Of a stretch of DNA of 64,000 bases, positions 54,532-64,000 are shown piece after piece (position 1 is the stretch's first letter; each line of letters begins with the position of its first letter). A program made the position numbers and the translations under genes. Below the pieces are notes generated by a model. It did not search any database and was not told the DNA's origin. It was given only the letters and a program-made list of their open reading frames with translations. Location: assembly GCF_045037415.1 (NCBI RefSeq), contig NZ_CP173438.1; one strand, given 5' to 3'. Origin of the DNA: Escherichia coli (lineage in GTDB: Bacteria > Pseudomonadota > Gammaproteobacteria > Enterobacterales > Enterobacteriaceae).

Positions 54532-56016
54532 ATGGGTTCCACCTCGTCGCTGTATGCAGCCATTGATCTCGGTTCGAATAGTTTTCATATGCTGGTTGTG
54601 CGCGAGGTGGCTGGAAGCATCCAGACGCTGACGCGAATAAAACGCAAAGTGCGTCTGGCTGCTGGCCTGAATAGCGAAAATGCCCTGTCTAATGAAGCAA
54701 TGGAGCGCGGTTGGCAATGTCTGCGCCTGTTTGCTGAACGTCTGCAAGATATCCCTCCCCCGCAAATTCGCGTTGTCGCTACGGCGACATTACGCCTTGC
54801 CGTCAATGCGGGTGATTTTATTGCCAAAGCGCAGGAAATCCTCGGTTGTCCGGTACAGGTGATCAGCGGTGAAGAGGAAGCGCGTCTGATTTATCAGGGC
54901 GTTGCTCACACCACTGGCGGTGCCGATCAGCGCCTGGTGGTGGATATCGGCGGAGCCAGTACTGAACTGGTAACCGGCACGGGTGCACAAACCACCTCTT
55001 TGTTCAGCCTGTCGATGGGCTGCGTTACCTGGCTGGAACGCTATTTTGCCGATCGTAATCTGGGGCAGGAAAATTTTGATGCTGCAGAAAAAGCGGCACG
55101 CGAAGTGTTACGTCCGGTTGCCGATGAATTACGGTATCACGGCTGGAAAGTGTGCGTTGGCGCTTCCGGCACCGTGCAGGCGTTACAGGAAATCATGATG
55201 GCACAGGGGATGGATGAACGCATTACCCTGGAAAAGTTGCAGCAACTGAAACAACGCGCCATTCATTGCGGTCGGCTGGAAGAGCTAGAGATTGACGGGC
55301 TGACGCTGGAACGTGCGTTAGTGTTCCCGAGTGGTCTGGCGATCCTGATAGCCATTTTTACCGAACTGAATATTCAGTGTATGACCCTGGCGGGCGGTGC
55401 GCTGCGTGAAGGCCTGGTCTACGGTATGTTGCATCTTACCGTCGAGCAGGATATTCGCAGCCGTACGCTGCGTAATATTCAGCGCCGCTTTATGATCGAT
55501 ATTGATCAGGCACAGCGCGTAGCCAAAGTTGCGGCTAACTTCTTCGAACAGGTGGAAAATGAATGGCATCTTGAAGCAATAAGCCGCGATTTGCTCATCA
55601 GCGCCTGTCAGCTTCATGAAATCGGCCTGAGCGTTGACTTCAAACAAGCGCCGCAACACGCTGCTTATCTGGTGCGTAACCTGGATCTTCCCGGTTTTAC
55701 CCCCGCACAGAAAAAACTGCTGGCGACGCTACTGCTCAACCAGACTAATCCGGTCGATCTCTCATCGCTGCATCAGCAAAATGCCGTACCACCGCGCGTC
55801 GCAGAACAACTCTGCCGTTTACTCCGCCTGGCTATCATTTTTGCCAACCGTCGCCGTGACGATCTCGTGCCAGAGATGACATTACAGGCTAACCATGAAC
55901 TGTTGACCTTGACGCTTCCGCAAGGTTGGCTAACCCAACATCCGCTGGGTAAAGAGATTATTGATCAGGAAAGCCAGTGGCAGAGCTATGTCCACTGGCC
56001 GCTGGAAGTGCATTAA
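54532..56016 (+). CDS. gppA: Guanosine-5'-triphosphate,3'-diphosphate pyrophosphatase
   Basis: ORF 54523..56016; start at [22 protein letters not shown] gives 494 aa (Ppx/GppA family). Confidence 0.93.
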   Translation: MGSTSSLYAAIDLGSNSFHMLVVREVAGSIQTLTRIKRKVRLAAGLNSENALSNEAMERGWQCLRLFAERLQDIPPPQIRVVATATLRLAVNAGDFIAKAQEILGCPVQVISGEEEARLIYQGVAHTTGGADQRLVVDIGGASTELVTGTGAQTTSLFSLSMGCVTWLERYFADRNLGQENFDAAEKAAREVLRPVADELRYHGWKVCVGASGTVQALQEIMMAQGMDERITLEKLQQLKQRAIHCGRLEELEIDGLTLERALVFPSGLAILIAIFTELNIQCMTLAGGALREGLVYGMLHLTVEQDIRSRTLRNIQRRFMIDIDQAQRVAKVAANFFEQVENEWHLEAISRDLLISACQLHEIGLSVDFKQAPQHAAYLVRNLDLPGFTPAQKKLLATLLLNQTNPVDLSSLHQQNAVPPRVAEQLCRLLRLAIIFANRRRDDLVPEMTLQANHELLTLTLPQGWLTQHPLGKEIIDQESQWQSYVHWPLEVH

Positions 56017-56037
56017 TGAGTAAGTGCCGGATGCGAT
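56016..56037. repeat. Partial REP-type element between convergent gppA and rep
   Basis: GCCGGATGCGATGCTGACACAT shares the GCCGGATGCGATGCTGAC core with the aslA/aslB REP. Confidence 0.5.
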
Positions 56038-56062
56038 GCTGACACATTTTTTCCGGCCTTGA

Positions 56063-58084
56063 TTATTTCCCTCGTTTTGCCGCCATCATCGCTTTCAGAT
56101 TCGCCAGATGGCTTTGCCCTTTCTGCATCCGTTCTTCGGCGCTGACCACTTTGCGCTCCTGTTCCCAAATCAAATCATCCTGCGGCAGCTCCAGCAGGAA
56201 GCGGCTCGGCTCCGGGCGCACCAGTTCGCCGTACTGACGGCGTTCTTTACACAGCGTAAAGGTCAATTCCTTCTGGGCGCGGGTAATGCCGACATAGGCC
56301 AGCCGCCGCTCCTCATCAATATTGTCTTCATCGATGCTGCTCTGGTGGGGCAAAAACCCTTCTTCCATACCAACCATGTAGACATAGGGAAACTCCAGCC
56401 CTTTCGACGCGTGCAGAGTCATCAGTTGCACCTGATCCAGTTCTTCCTCGCTCTCGCCGCGCTCCATCATGTCGCGCAGAGTAAAGCGCGTCACCACCTG
56501 GGTGAGCGTCATCGGCTCATCCAGTTCGCTGCCTTCCAGCATCTCCGTCATCCAGCTAAACAGTTGGTTGACGTTCTTCATGCGCATTTCGGCAGCTTTC
56601 GGGCTGGGCGATGTTTCGTACAGCCAGGATTCATAATCCATGCCGTGGATCAGATCGCGCACCGCGGCAATCGGCTCCCGCTCCGCCAGACGCTGGATTT
56701 CTGCCAGCCAGTGAGTGAAGCGGGTCAATGCTTCATAACCACGTCCGCTAAGCGTCTGACTCAGGCCCATATCAAAGCTGGCGGTAAACATGCTTTTATT
56801 GCGCGTCATCGCCCATTCACCTAGCTTTTTCAGCGTCGCCGGGCCAATCTCTCGCTTCGGCGTGTTAACGATACGCAGAAATGCGCTGTCATCGTCCGGG
56901 TTAGTCAGCACGCGCAGATAAGCCAGCAAGTCCTTGATTTCAGGACGAGAGAAAAACGACGTACCGCCAGATATTTTGTACGGGATGCGGTTTTGCATCA
57001 GGAATTTTTCAAATACCCGCGACTGATGGTTGCCGCGATAAAGAATGGCGTAATCTTTGTACTGCGTTTTATTGACGAAGTGATGGGCGATCAGCTCGCC
57101 GGTGACGCGCTCGGCTTCATGTTCCTCGTTATTCGCGCTTAAAACTTTTAGCTCTGTGCCGTAACCCAGTTCGGAGAACAGACGCTTTTCAAAGACGTGC
57201 GGGTTATTGGCGATCAGGATGTTCGCCGCTTTCAAAATACGTCCGGAAGAGCGGTAGTTCTGCTCAAGCTTAATCACCTTCAGCGCCGGAAAATCCTGGC
57301 TCAGCAGCACCAGATTCTGCGGACGTGCGCCGCGCCAGGAGTAGATCGACTGGTCATCGTCACCCACCACGGTAAAGCGCGCGCGGCTGCCCACCAGCAG
57401 TTTCACCAGTTCATACTGGCTGGTGTTGGTGTCCTGATACTCATCCACCAGCAGGTAGCGAATTTTGTTCTGCCAGCGCTCGCGGACTTCTTCATTGCGT
57501 TGCAGCAGCAACGTCGGCAATAAAATCAGATCATCGAAGTCGAGAACGTTACAGGCTTTCAGGTGTGCATCATACAGCCCATAACAATGGGCAAAAATAC
57601 GGTCCCGCTCGCCCTTTGCCTCTGCCGCCGCCTGCGCCGGTGTTTTGAGATCGTTCTTCCAGTTGGAGATGGTCGAAATTAGCTGTTGCAGGAGAACTTT
57701 GTCATCTTCAATCAGCCCCTCGGTCAACTCTTTAAGCAAAGCAAGCTGATCGGTATCGTCAAACAGCGAAAAGTTAGCCTTCATCCCCAGCGCCGCATAC
57801 TCGCGTTTGATGATATCCAGCCCCAGCGTGTGGAAGGTGGAAATCATCAGCCCACGCGCCTCTTTGCGCCCCAGCGTCTGCCCGACACGCTCTTTCATCT
57901 CGCGTGCCGCCTTATTGGTAAAGGTCACAGCCGCGATATGTCGCGCCTGATAACCGCAACCGCGGATCAGATGGGCGATTTTATTGGTGATAACACGAGT
58001 TTTACCGGAACCCGCGCCCGCCAGCACCAGGCAGGGGCCGGTAACGAATTCGACAGCTTGTTGTTGGCCGGGGTTTAGACGCAT
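56063..58084 (-). CDS. rep: ATP-dependent DNA helicase Rep
   Basis: ORF 56063..58099; start at [31 protein letters not shown] gives 673 aa. Confidence 0.95.
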   Translation of the reverse strand: MRLNPGQQQAVEFVTGPCLVLAGAGSGKTRVITNKIAHLIRGCGYQARHIAAVTFTNKAAREMKERVGQTLGRKEARGLMISTFHTLGLDIIKREYAALGMKANFSLFDDTDQLALLKELTEGLIEDDKVLLQQLISTISNWKNDLKTPAQAAAEAKGERDRIFAHCYGLYDAHLKACNVLDFDDLILLPTLLLQRNEEVRERWQNKIRYLLVDEYQDTNTSQYELVKLLVGSRARFTVVGDDDQSIYSWRGARPQNLVLLSQDFPALKVIKLEQNYRSSGRILKAANILIANNPHVFEKRLFSELGYGTELKVLSANNEEHEAERVTGELIAHHFVNKTQYKDYAILYRGNHQSRVFEKFLMQNRIPYKISGGTSFFSRPEIKDLLAYLRVLTNPDDDSAFLRIVNTPKREIGPATLKKLGEWAMTRNKSMFTASFDMGLSQTLSGRGYEALTRFTHWLAEIQRLAEREPIAAVRDLIHGMDYESWLYETSPSPKAAEMRMKNVNQLFSWMTEMLEGSELDEPMTLTQVVTRFTLRDMMERGESEEELDQVQLMTLHASKGLEFPYVYMVGMEEGFLPHQSSIDEDNIDEERRLAYVGITRAQKELTFTLCKERRQYGELVRPEPSRFLLELPQDDLIWEQERKVVSAEERMQKGQSHLANLKAMMAAKRGK

Positions 58085-58122
58085 AGGAAAATCGCTCAAT
58101 GAAAGTCGGGAGGGGAAAATAA

Positions 58123-58452
<330 letters not shown>

Positions 58453-58456
58453 CAGC

Positions 58457-58481
58457 AAGGCCTTCTCCGGGAGAAGGCCTT
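58457..58481. terminator. Bidirectional hairpin between convergent ppiC and ilvC
   Basis: AAGGCCTTCTCC-G-GGAGAAGGCCTT perfect 12-bp inverted repeat; T-runs weak. Confidence 0.4.
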
Positions 58482-58497
58482 GAACTCTGAATCGCTA

Positions 58498-59973
58498 TTA
58501 ACCCGCAACAGCAATGCGTTTCATATCTGTCATATAGCCGCGCAGTTTCTTACCTACCTGCTCAATCGCATGGCTGCGAATCGCTTCATTTACATCACGC
58601 AGCTGCGCGTTATCTACCGCACCTTCCGGAATAGCTTTACCCAGGTCGCCCGGTTGCAGCTCTGCCATAAACGGTTTCAGCAGTGGCACACAAGCGTAAG
58701 AGAACAGATAGTTACCGTACTCGGCAGTATCGGAGATAACCACGTTCATTTCGTACAGACGCTTACGGGCGATGGTGTTGGCAATCAGCGGCAGTTCGTG
58801 CAGTGATTCATAGTAAGCAGATTCTTCGATGATGCCAGAATCAACCATGGTTTCAAACGCCAGTTCAACGCCTGCTTTTACCATCGCGATCATCAGTACG
58901 CCTTTATCGAAGTACTCCTGTTCGCCGATTTTGCCTTCATACTGCGGCGCGGTTTCGAATGCGGTTTTGCCAGTCTCTTCACGCCAGGTCAGCAGTTTCT
59001 TATCGTCGTTGGCCCAGTCAGCCATCATGCCGGAGGAGAATTCGCCGGAGATGATGTCGTCCATATGTTTCTGGAACAGCGGCGCCATGATCTCTTTCAG
59101 TTGCTCAGAGAGCGCGTAAGCACGCAGTTTCGCCGGGTTAGAAAGACGGTCCATCATCAGGGTGATGCCGCCCTGTTTCAGCGCTTCGGTGATGGTTTCC
59201 CAACCGAACTGAATCAGTTTTTCTGCGTATGCCGGATCGGTGCCTTCTTCCACCAGCTTGTCGAAGCACAGCAGAGAGCCAGCCTGCAACATACCGCACA
59301 GGATGGTTTGCTCGCCCATCAGGTCAGATTTCACTTCCGCAACGAAAGAGGATTCCAGAACGCCCGCACGGTGACCGCCGGTTGCAGCCGCCCAGGCTTT
59401 AGCGATCGCCATGCCTTCGCCTTTCGGATCGTTTTCCGGGTGAACGGCAATCAGCGTCGGTACGCCGAATCCACGTTTGTACTCTTCACGTACTTCGGTG
59501 CCAGGGCATTTCGGCGCAACCATTACGACGGTGATGTCTTTACGGATCTGCTCACCCACTTCTACGATATTGAAACCATGAGAGTAGCCCAGCGCCGCGC
59601 CGTCTTTCATCAGCGGCTGAACGGAACGCACTACGTCAGAGTGCTGCTTGTCTGGCGTCAGGTTAACCACCAGATCCGCCTGCGGGATCAGTTCTTCGTA
59701 AGTGCCAACTTTGAAGCCGTTTTCGGTTGCTTTACGCCAGGATGCGCGCTTCTCGGCAATCGCTTCTTTACGCAGAGCGTAGGAGATATCGAGACCAGAA
59801 TCACGCATGTTCAGGCCCTGGTTCAGACCCTGTGCACCACAGCCGACGATGACTACTTTTTTACCCTGAAGATAGCTCGCGCCATCGGCGAATTCATCGC
59901 GCCCCATAAAGCGACATTTGCCCAGCTGTGCCAGCTGCTGGCGCAGATTCAGTGTATTGAAGTAGTTAGCCAT
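58498..59973 (-). CDS. ilvC: Ketol-acid reductoisomerase
   Basis: ORF 58498..60195; conserved start [23 protein letters not shown] gives 491 aa. Confidence 0.97.
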
Positions 59974-60122
59974 GGTGATTCCTCGTGATGTTGTGCTTCT
60001 TATTGTTCGGTTCGCGTTTGCGAGATTGAATTCACTATATGACAGGAAATTTATTGCGGAAATTGATATATTCACAACGTCACATTGCAATTTCTGCAAC
60101 GTCAACATTAAGGGCTGCGCCA
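59974..60122. promoter_or_regulatory. Divergent ilvC/ilvY promoter-operator region (IlvY binding expected)
   Basis: 149-bp divergent intergenic region between ilvC and its LysR-type activator; individual operators not mapped. Confidence 0.5.
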
Positions 60123-61013
60123 TTGGATTTACGCGATCTGAAAACCTTCCTGCATCTGGCGGAAAGCCGCCATTTTGGCCGCAGCGCGCGGGCAATGCAC
60201 GTTAGCCCGTCCACGCTCTCTCGGCAGATTCAGCGCCTGGAAGACGATCTCGGTCAGCCGCTGTTTGTGCGCGATAACCGCACGGTAACGCTAACCGAAG
60301 CAGGCGAAGAACTGCGCGTTTTCGCCCAGCAAACGCTGTTGCAGTATCAACAGCTGCGCCACACCATCGATCAGCAAGGACCGTCGCTCTCTGGCGAATT
60401 ACATATCTTCTGCTCGGTGACCGCTGCCTACAGCCATCTGCCGCCGATTCTCGATCGCTTCCGCGCGGAACACCCGTCGGTGGAGATTAAACTCACGACT
60501 GGTGATGCGGCAGATGCGATGGAAAAGGTCGTCACTGGCGAAGCGGATCTGGCGATTGCCGGGAAACCGGAGACTCTGCCCGGCGCAGTGGCGTTTTCGA
60601 TGCTGGAGAATCTGGCAGTAGTGCTGATTGCCCCCGCGCTACCCTGCCCGGTGCGTAACCAAGTTTCGGCAGATAAGCCGGACTGGTCTACAGTGCCGTT
60701 TATCATGGCCGATCAGGGACCAGTACGCCGGCGCATTGAGTTGTGGTTTCGACGCAACAAAATCAGCAACCCGATGATTTACGCCACGGTCGGCGGGCAT
60801 GAAGCGATGGTGTCGATGGTGGCGCTCGGCTGTGGCGTAGCCTTGTTGCCGGAAGTGGTGCTGGAAAACAGCCCGGAACCGGTGCGTAACCGCGTGATGA
60901 TTTTAGAGCGCAGTGATGAGAAAACGCCGTTTGAACTGGGCGTGTGTGTGCAGAAAAAGCGGCTACATGAGCCGCTGATTGAGGCATTCTGGAAGATTTT
61001 GCCGAACCATTAA
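60123..61013 (+). CDS. ilvY: LysR-family activator of ilvC
   Basis: ORF 60039..61013; conserved N-terminus (M)[39 protein letters not shown] begins at a TTG codon at 60123, about 296 aa. Confidence 0.88.
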
Positions 61014-62554
61014 CCCGCCAAAAAGAACCTGAACGCCGGGTTATTGGTTTCGTCGTGGCAATCGTAACCCAACTCATTCAACCGGGTTTCGAAATCCGGT
61101 TCATGGTCGCCAAGTTCGAACGCCGCCAGTACGCGCCCGTAGTCGGTGCCATGGCTGCGATAGTGGAACAAAGAAATGTTCCAGTGCGTACCCAGCGTGT
61201 TGAGGAAGCGCAACAGCGCGCCCGGCGATTCCGGGAATTCGAAGCTGTAGAGGCGTTCCTGCAACGGATGCGACGGACGCCCGCCGACCATATAGCGCAC
61301 ATGCAGCTTCGCCATTTCGTCGTCGGAGAGATCCACTACGCTGTAGCCGCCATCGTTGAGCATCTGCAAAATTTCTTTGCGCTCTTCGAGGCCACGGCTC
61401 AGGCGCACACCGACAAAGATGCAGGCGTTTTTGGCATCGGCAAAACGGTAGTTGAACTCGGTGACCGAGCGCCCGCCAAGCAGCTGGCAGAACTTCAGGA
61501 AGCTGCCCTTCTCTTCCGGGATGGTTACCGCCAGCAACGCTTCACGCTGTTCGCCCAGTTCGCAACGTTCCGAGACGTAGCGCAGGCCGTGAAAGTTCAC
61601 GTTAGCACCAGAAAGAATATGCGCCAGCCGCTCACCGCGAATGTTGTGCTGGGCGATATATTTTTTCATTCCCGCCAGTGCCAGCGCGCCAGAGGGTTCC
61701 GCTACCGCGCGCACATCTTCGAACAGGTCTTTCATCGCCGCACATATGGCATCGCTATCGACGGTGATGATGTCGTCGAGATACTCCTGGCATAAACGGA
61801 AGGTTTCGTCGCCGATGCGTTTCACCGCAACACCTTCGGCAAACAGCCCCACGCGTGGCAGATCAACCGGATGACCTGCATCCAGCGCCGCTTTCAGGCA
61901 GGCGGAGTCTTCCGCTTCCACGGCAATCACTTTGATTTGCGGCATCAGTTGTTTGATCAGTACCGCCACGCCCGCCGCCAGACCGCCGCCGCCGACTGGC
62001 ACAAATACGCGGTCGAGATGGGCGTCCTGCTGGAGCAGTTCCAGCGCCAGCGTGCCTTGCCCGGCGATCACCATCGGATGGTCGAACGGCGGCACCCAGG
62101 TGAAGCCCTGCTGCTGTGACAGTTCGATCGCTTTCGCTTTTGCTTCATCAAAGTTCGCGCCGTGAAGAAGCACTTCGCCGCCGAAGCCGCGCACCGCGTC
62201 GACTTTGATATCGGCGGTGGCGGTTGGCATGACGATCAGTGCCTTCACGCCTAACCGTGCGGAAGAAAACGCGACGCCCTGCGCGTGGTTACCCGCAGAA
62301 GCGGTGATCACGCCGTGCGCTTTCTGTTCTTCCGTCAGGCCCGCCATCATGGCGTATGCGCCGCGCAGCTTAAAGCTATGAACTGGCTGACGGTCTTCGC
62401 GTTTCACCAGAATCACGTTATCGAGACGCGACGAGAGTTTTTCCATTTTTTGTAGCGGCGTGACCTGCGCCGCTTCGTAGACCGGCGCGCGCAGCACCGC
62501 TCTTAAATATTCGGCGCCTTCCGGGGCGCCGGAGAGAGGTTGTGAGTCTGCCAT
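61010..62554 (-). CDS. ilvA: Biosynthetic threonine dehydratase
   Basis: ORF 61010..62557; start at second Met (MADSQPLSGAPEGAEYLRAVL) gives 514 aa; 3' end overlaps the ilvY stop by 4 bp. Confidence 0.95.
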   Translation of the reverse strand: MADSQPLSGAPEGAEYLRAVLRAPVYEAAQVTPLQKMEKLSSRLDNVILVKREDRQPVHSFKLRGAYAMMAGLTEEQKAHGVITASAGNHAQGVAFSSARLGVKALIVMPTATADIKVDAVRGFGGEVLLHGANFDEAKAKAIELSQQQGFTWVPPFDHPMVIAGQGTLALELLQQDAHLDRVFVPVGGGGLAAGVAVLIKQLMPQIKVIAVEAEDSACLKAALDAGHPVDLPRVGLFAEGVAVKRIGDETFRLCQEYLDDIITVDSDAICAAMKDLFEDVRAVAEPSGALALAGMKKYIAQHNIRGERLAHILSGANVNFHGLRYVSERCELGEQREALLAVTIPEEKGSFLKFCQLLGGRSVTEFNYRFADAKNACIFVGVRLSRGLEERKEILQMLNDGGYSVVDLSDDEMAKLHVRYMVGGRPSHPLQERLYSFEFPESPGALLRFLNTLGTHWNISLFHYRSHGTDYGRVLAAFELGDHEPDFETRLNELGYDCHDETNNPAFRFFLAG

Positions 62555-62556
62555 CA

Positions 62557-64000
62557 TTAACCCCCCAGTTTCGATTTATCACGCACCGCGCCTTTGTCGG
62601 CGCTGGTTGCCAGGCTGGCGTAGGCACGCAGCGCAAAGGAAACCTGACGTTCACGATTTTTCGGTGTCCAGGCTTTGTTGCCACGAGCTTCCTGCGCTTC
62701 ACGACGCGCCGCCAGTTCGGCATCGCTTACCTGTAACTGAATGCCACGGTTCGGAATGTCGATAGCGATCAAGTCACCATCTTCAATCAGGCCAATGCTG
62801 CCGCCACTTGCCGCTTCCGGTGAGACGTGGCCGATGGAAAGACCAGAGGTGCCGCCAGAGAAACGACCGTCGGTGATCAGCGCACAGGCTTTACCGAGAC
62901 CCATTGATTTCAGGAAACTGGTTGGGTAGAGCATTTCCTGCATCCCCGGACCGCCTTTCGGGCCTTCATAGCGAATTACTACCACATCTCCGGCGACAAC
63001 TTTACCGCCGAGAATCGCTTCTACCGCGTCGTCCTGGCTTTCGTAGACTTTCGCCGGGCCAGTGAATTTGAGGATGCTGTCATCGACGCCTGCGGTTTTA
63101 ACGATGCAGCCGTTTTCTGCGAAATTACCGTAGAGTACCGCCAGGCCGCCGTCTTTGCTGTAAGCGTGTTCCAGCGAGCGGATACAGCCATTGGAGCGAT
63201 CGTCGTCCAGCGTATCCCAGCGGCAATCCTGCGAGAATGCCTGTGTAGTACGAATGCCCGCCGGGCCAGCGCGGAACATATTTTTTACCGCATCATCCTG
63301 GGTCACAATGATGTCGTATTGTTCCAGCGTTTGCGGCAACGTCAGGCCAAGTACATTTTTCACATCACGGTTCAGTAACCCCGCACGATCCAGCTCGCCG
63401 AGAATACCGATAACACCACCAGCACGGTGAACATCTTCCATATGGTATTTTTGGGTGCTCGGCGCGACTTTACACAGCTGCGGTACTTTGCGGGAGAGCT
63501 TATCGATATCACTCATGGTGAAGTCGATTTCCGCTTCCTGCGCCGCCGCCAGCAGGTGAAGAACGGTGTTGGTAGAGCCGCCCATCGCGATATCCAGCGT
63601 CATGGCGTTTTCAAACGCCGCCTTACTGGCGATGTTACGCGGCAGTGCGCTTTCATCATCCTGTTCGTAGTAACGTTTGGTCAATTCAACAATGCGTTTA
63701 CCAGCATTGAGGAACAGTTGCTTGCGATCAGCGTGGGTTGCCAGCAGCGAGCCGTTGCCCGGCTGCGACAGGCCCAGCGCTTCGGTCAGGCAGTTCATTG
63801 AGTTAGCAGTAAACATCCCGGAGCAGGAACCGCAGGTTGGGCAGGCGGATCGTTCAACCTGATCGCTCTGGGAGTCAGAAACTTTCGGGTCTGCGCCCTG
63901 GATCATCGCATCAACCAGATCGAGCTTAATGATCTGATCGGACAGTTTGGTTTTCCCGGCCTCCATCGGGCCGCCGGAAACAAAGATCACCGGAATATTC
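62557..64000 (-). CDS. ilvD: Dihydroxy-acid dehydratase, C-terminal 481 codons (5' end beyond window)
   Basis: Partial ORF ending ...[20 protein letters not shown] with conserved CPTCGSC and GGPMEAGK-type motifs upstream; stop adjacent to the ilvA start. Confidence 0.92.
   Translation of the reverse strand, partial: NIPVIFVSGGPMEAGKTKLSDQIIKLDLVDAMIQGADPKVSDSQSDQVERSACPTCGSCSGMFTANSMNCLTEALGLSQPGNGSLLATHADRKQLFLNAGKRIVELTKRYYEQDDESALPRNIASKAAFENAMTLDIAMGGSTNTVLHLLAAAQEAEIDFTMSDIDKLSRKVPQLCKVAPSTQKYHMEDVHRAGGVIGILGELDRAGLLNRDVKNVLGLTLPQTLEQYDIIVTQDDAVKNMFRAGPAGIRTTQAFSQDCRWDTLDDDRSNGCIRSLEHAYSKDGGLAVLYGNFAENGCIVKTAGVDDSILKFTGPAKVYESQDDAVEAILGGKVVAGDVVVIRYEGPKGGPGMQEMLYPTSFLKSMGLGKACALITDGRFSGGTSGLSIGHVSPEAASGGSIGLIEDGDLIAIDIPNRGIQLQVSDAELAARREAQEARGNKAWTPKNRERQVSFALRAYASLATSADKGAVRDKSKLGG

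Noticed and set aside
54433-54765. 110-aa minus-strand ORF across the rhlB-gppA junction
   Set aside because: Overlaps the gppA start and 5' coding region on the opposite strand; no RBS; likely spurious.

Overview
The window reads as a contiguous stretch of Escherichia coli-type chromosome, the ilvD–metE region in reverse orientation relative to the usual K-12 map. All calls rest on reading the ORF translations and the DNA by eye against remembered family features; no database search or alignment was run. Gene order is: [PTS EIIC fragment, SIS isomerase], metE, metR, yigM, yigL, pldB, rhtB, [Rpn-like gene], rhtC, recQ, pldA, yigI, rarD, yigG, yigF, corA, yigE, [DUF62 gene], uvrD, yigB, xerC, yigA, dapF, yifL, cyaY, cyaA, hemCDXY, [199-aa membrane ORF], GlmZ sRNA, aslA, aslB, tRNA operon proM-leuT-hisR-argX, yifK, the complete ECA (wec/rff) cluster, rho with leader rhoL, trxA, rhlB, gppA, rep, ppiC, ilvC, ilvY, ilvA and the 3' part of ilvD. 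Proteins look about 1% diverged from K-12 as I remember it, so this is probably a non-K-12 E. coli or Shigella lineage. Most of the window is core housekeeping DNA. The bracketed loci are the ones I cannot place in the K-12 gene order from memory, and they are the candidates for accessory or undescribed content. The strongest is an Rpn/YhgA-like nuclease gene sitting between the convergent rhtB and rhtC genes, a family recently described as toxin plus intragenic-antitoxin defence modules. The others are a signal-peptide-bearing DUF62 (SAM hydroxide adenosyltransferase-like) gene next to yigE, a SIS-isomerase plus PTS EIIC module with a repeated upstream motif beyond metE, and a 199-aa membrane ORF whose stop codon abuts the GlmZ terminator. 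No CRISPR array, rRNA, IS element or prophage was seen.
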